Positions 61,469-64,000 of a stretch of 64,000 nt of DNA are shown one piece after another. The notes beneath the pieces were generated by a model. That model had not been told where the DNA came from and searched no databases. It saw only the letters and a program-made list of their open reading frames with translations. Both the position numbers and the translations under genes were made by a program. Source of the DNA: Eledone cirrhosa (taxonomy: Eukaryota). The stretch spans positions 21,886,001 through 21,950,000 of the forward strand of contig OZ024752.1 of assembly GCA_964016885.1 (NCBI GenBank), read 5' to 3'. Positions within the stretch are counted from its first letter, which is position 1. Each line of letters opens with the position of its first letter.

Positions 61469-62610
61469 TATCATCATCATCATCGTTTAACATCTATTTT
61501 CCACACTAGCATGGGTTAGACGGGAGTTGTCCCACTTGAGGCAAGATTGATCGGGTGACCATGTCTCGCTCACTTAGGACTACCTGGCAGGTTTTCTATG
61601 GCTGGATGCCCTTCCTAACACCAACCACGTTTACAGTGTGGACTGTGAACTTTTTGCCGTATTACCTACACGGCCACATAACAGCGTGGACTGTGTGTTT
61701 TTTTTTTTTTGTCGTGACACCTAATTGACCTCATTAGTTTGGACTGGATGTTGTGGTACAAACATAACTTTACAGAGAAAGAGTGGTATTGGTGGGAGTG
61801 GGAGGATGGAGTGGGGATAGTGGGTTGGGGTGTATGTTTGGTTTGGAGGGGCCTACTGACTGTAGGTTAATTTTGCATGTAGAGAAGGTGGGTCTTCTGT
61901 AATACTGCGTAGCGCCAAAGGTCTCGATCCACTGACATTGTCATAGAGAGGTGTAAGTATGTAAGGTCGGACTTTATCATGTCGTCCTAAGTTTTTGTGG
62001 GTCTACCTACTCTGTAACTTCCATCTATTTTGATCGCCCTGCACTTTTTTATACAGCTGTCGCCTTTCATGCACATCACGTGACCATACCAACGTAATCT
62101 CCATTCAAGTAAACACCATCTGATTTCTCTTATTCCTAATTTCTCACTTAGTTCATTTATGTTTTGCCGTTCATGTATATTACTATTACACATCCAACGG
62201 AGCATGCAAGCTTCATTCCTTTCCAGTTTGCACAGGTCCTCTGCATATAATGCCCATGTCTCACTGCCATGTGACATTGCTTTTCGTATGCACACATCAT
62301 ACAATCTGCCTTTCATTTTTAGAGAGAAACCTTTAGTGGCCAATAGTGGTATAAGCTCTCTGAACTTTTTCCATCCCGTTCTGACTCTGGCTACTGTACT
62401 TTCAGAGCAACCTCCACCACTGCTGATTTTGTCACCCAGGTAACAGAAGATGTCCACTATTTCTATAGAACCATCTGGGCAATAGAAGGAGCTAGTATCC
62501 TGTGGACACTTGCTACTTATTGCACCTGAGCATCGGCCACATATAAAATCTATATTCTTAGATAGTTTACCTGTGATCCCACTACATGTTTTATGTACTC
62601 ATACTTTGCA
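61469..62610 (-). mobile_element. 5'-truncated RTE LINE (subfamily 2)
   Basis: ORF 61987-62457 FCYLGD..RTGWKKFREL..GSETW..LRWYGHV..GRP; long 3' UTR and (ATG)n tail. Confidence 0.9.
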
Positions 62611-62621
62611 TATATATATAT

Positions 62622-64000
62622 ATGACATAGATAATAACTGGAATTTCTTACGTGACAACTTACTGTAGGCTACTGATGAAACTTGTGGCTGGAGCAGAGC
62701 TCCAACCAGACAGAGAGTGACTTGGTGGTGGAACAGCACAGTAGATAAGGCCATTAGAGACAAAAGACTAGCATGGAAGGCTTGGAAAAAGGGTGGGAGT
62801 AGAGAAGGATATACAGCCGCTAAGAGAGAAGCTAGACGTCAGGTGTACTTAGCACGCAGGGAGGCTGAGAGTAGGAGGTTTGCCACTGTTCTGCGACAGG
62901 AAGATCAGAGGCGTGCGGTGTTCCACATTGCAAGGCAGTGTGTCTATGTAAATCAGGATGTTGTTGGAGATAAATGTGTCTGAAATGATGCCGGTGTACT
63001 TAGTGTCACGAATTATCAGAAAAAGGAGGCCTAGAAATGTCATTATGAGAGACTGATGAATGTGGAGAACGAAGGGGAGAGAGAGAAATTATCCTCAGTA
63101 GATCAGACAGAGGGACCAGCTATTGAGATTAGCGAATATAGGGTCCAAGAGGCGATTAAGGAAATGAAAAATGGTAAGGCTGCTGGACCGTTGGGGATAG
63201 TTGCTGAGATGCTGAAGGCATCAGGGGACGTAGACACTAAACTGGTTGCACACATCATCAATCAGGCTATATATGGTGGTGTCATACCCAAAGACTGGTG
63301 CAGCAGTATTCTCATAAATTGTTACAAAGGTAAAGGGGATGCTCTGGAGAGGAGCAATTATAGGGGTATAAAACTGATGGATCAGGTTATGAAAGTGGCA
63401 GAAAGGATTTTAGCACAACTAATTAGAGAAAGGGTCAAACTAGATGAGATGCTGTCAGTAAAGTCAGGGTAGGAATGGAGTTTAGTGAGGAATTCCAGAT
63501 ACAAGTCCTCCAAGCCATAACAGAGGAGTTTAAGACTGGCTGTCCATGGGAACTTCTCTATGCTGACGATCTGGTTCTTATAGCAGAATCAGTAGAGGAG
63601 CTAGAGAATAAATTCTGGCTATGGAAACAGCAGTTGGAAGCAAGAGGACTGAGAGTGAACCTAGCTAAGACAAAAGTGTTGATAAGTAGAAAAGAGGACA
63701 AAACCCTGATTCCGTCAGGGAAATGGCCATGTTCGATATGCAGAAAAAGAACTGGCATAAATTCTATAAAATGCACACAATGCAGATCCTGGGTACACAA
63801 GAGATGTAGAGGGATAGCAGGCAAACTAACAGGTAGGGAGAAATACGTATGCAGTAAATGTACAGGGAAATTAGACAGTAGAAGTCGCATTGATAGACAC
63901 ATTTTTTTTTTAAATGCAGGCCGTTGCTATAGAAGTGGTGGATAGCTTCCAGTACCTAGGAGATCACATTAGCATGGGAGGGGGGGTGTTCCGAGGCCAT
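62622..64000 (+). mobile_element. Decayed RTE LINE (subfamily 1) with internal deletions, runs off window end
   Basis: TWWWN, NYRGIKL, LLYADD, CSIC..CTQC..HKRC..CSKC; collinear with the reverse complement of 50205-48610. Confidence 0.92.

Noticed and set aside
61469-64000. Back-to-back RTE segments as a single twin-primed (5'-inverted) insertion
   Set aside because: The two segments overlap in element coordinates (both include the finger and YLG region), differ in sequence as separate subfamilies, and are separated by (TA)n; independent insertions are more likely

Overview
This is AT-rich, repeat-dominated eukaryotic DNA. The SINE/RTE repertoire and microsatellite load suggest a coleoid cephalopod such as Octopus (inference, not proven). 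Only one credible host gene is visible: a single-coding-exon, 117-aa two-TM protein (23785-24138, minus strand) that resembles the TMEM100/PIRT family of TRP-channel modulators. The rest of the window is repetitive. It includes an ~18.9-kb G/T-rich 18/23-bp satellite with kb-scale higher-order repeats, 55-, 54-, 20- and 17-bp minisatellites, and oppositely oriented (GGT)n and (CCA)n arrays. It also holds decayed RTE-clade LINEs of about three subfamilies, many tRNA-derived SINEs, piggyBac-like MITEs, a probable non-autonomous Helitron, and a dense cluster of unrelated long inverted-repeat (foldback) elements next to (TA)n tracts between 44 and 61 kb. Most long ORFs in the track are repeat artefacts. 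No novel multi-gene system is supported; the most notable signals are the TMEM100/PIRT-like gene, the foldback cluster and several snapshots of repeat birth and DNA repair. All comparisons were done by eye, so repeat boundaries are approximate.
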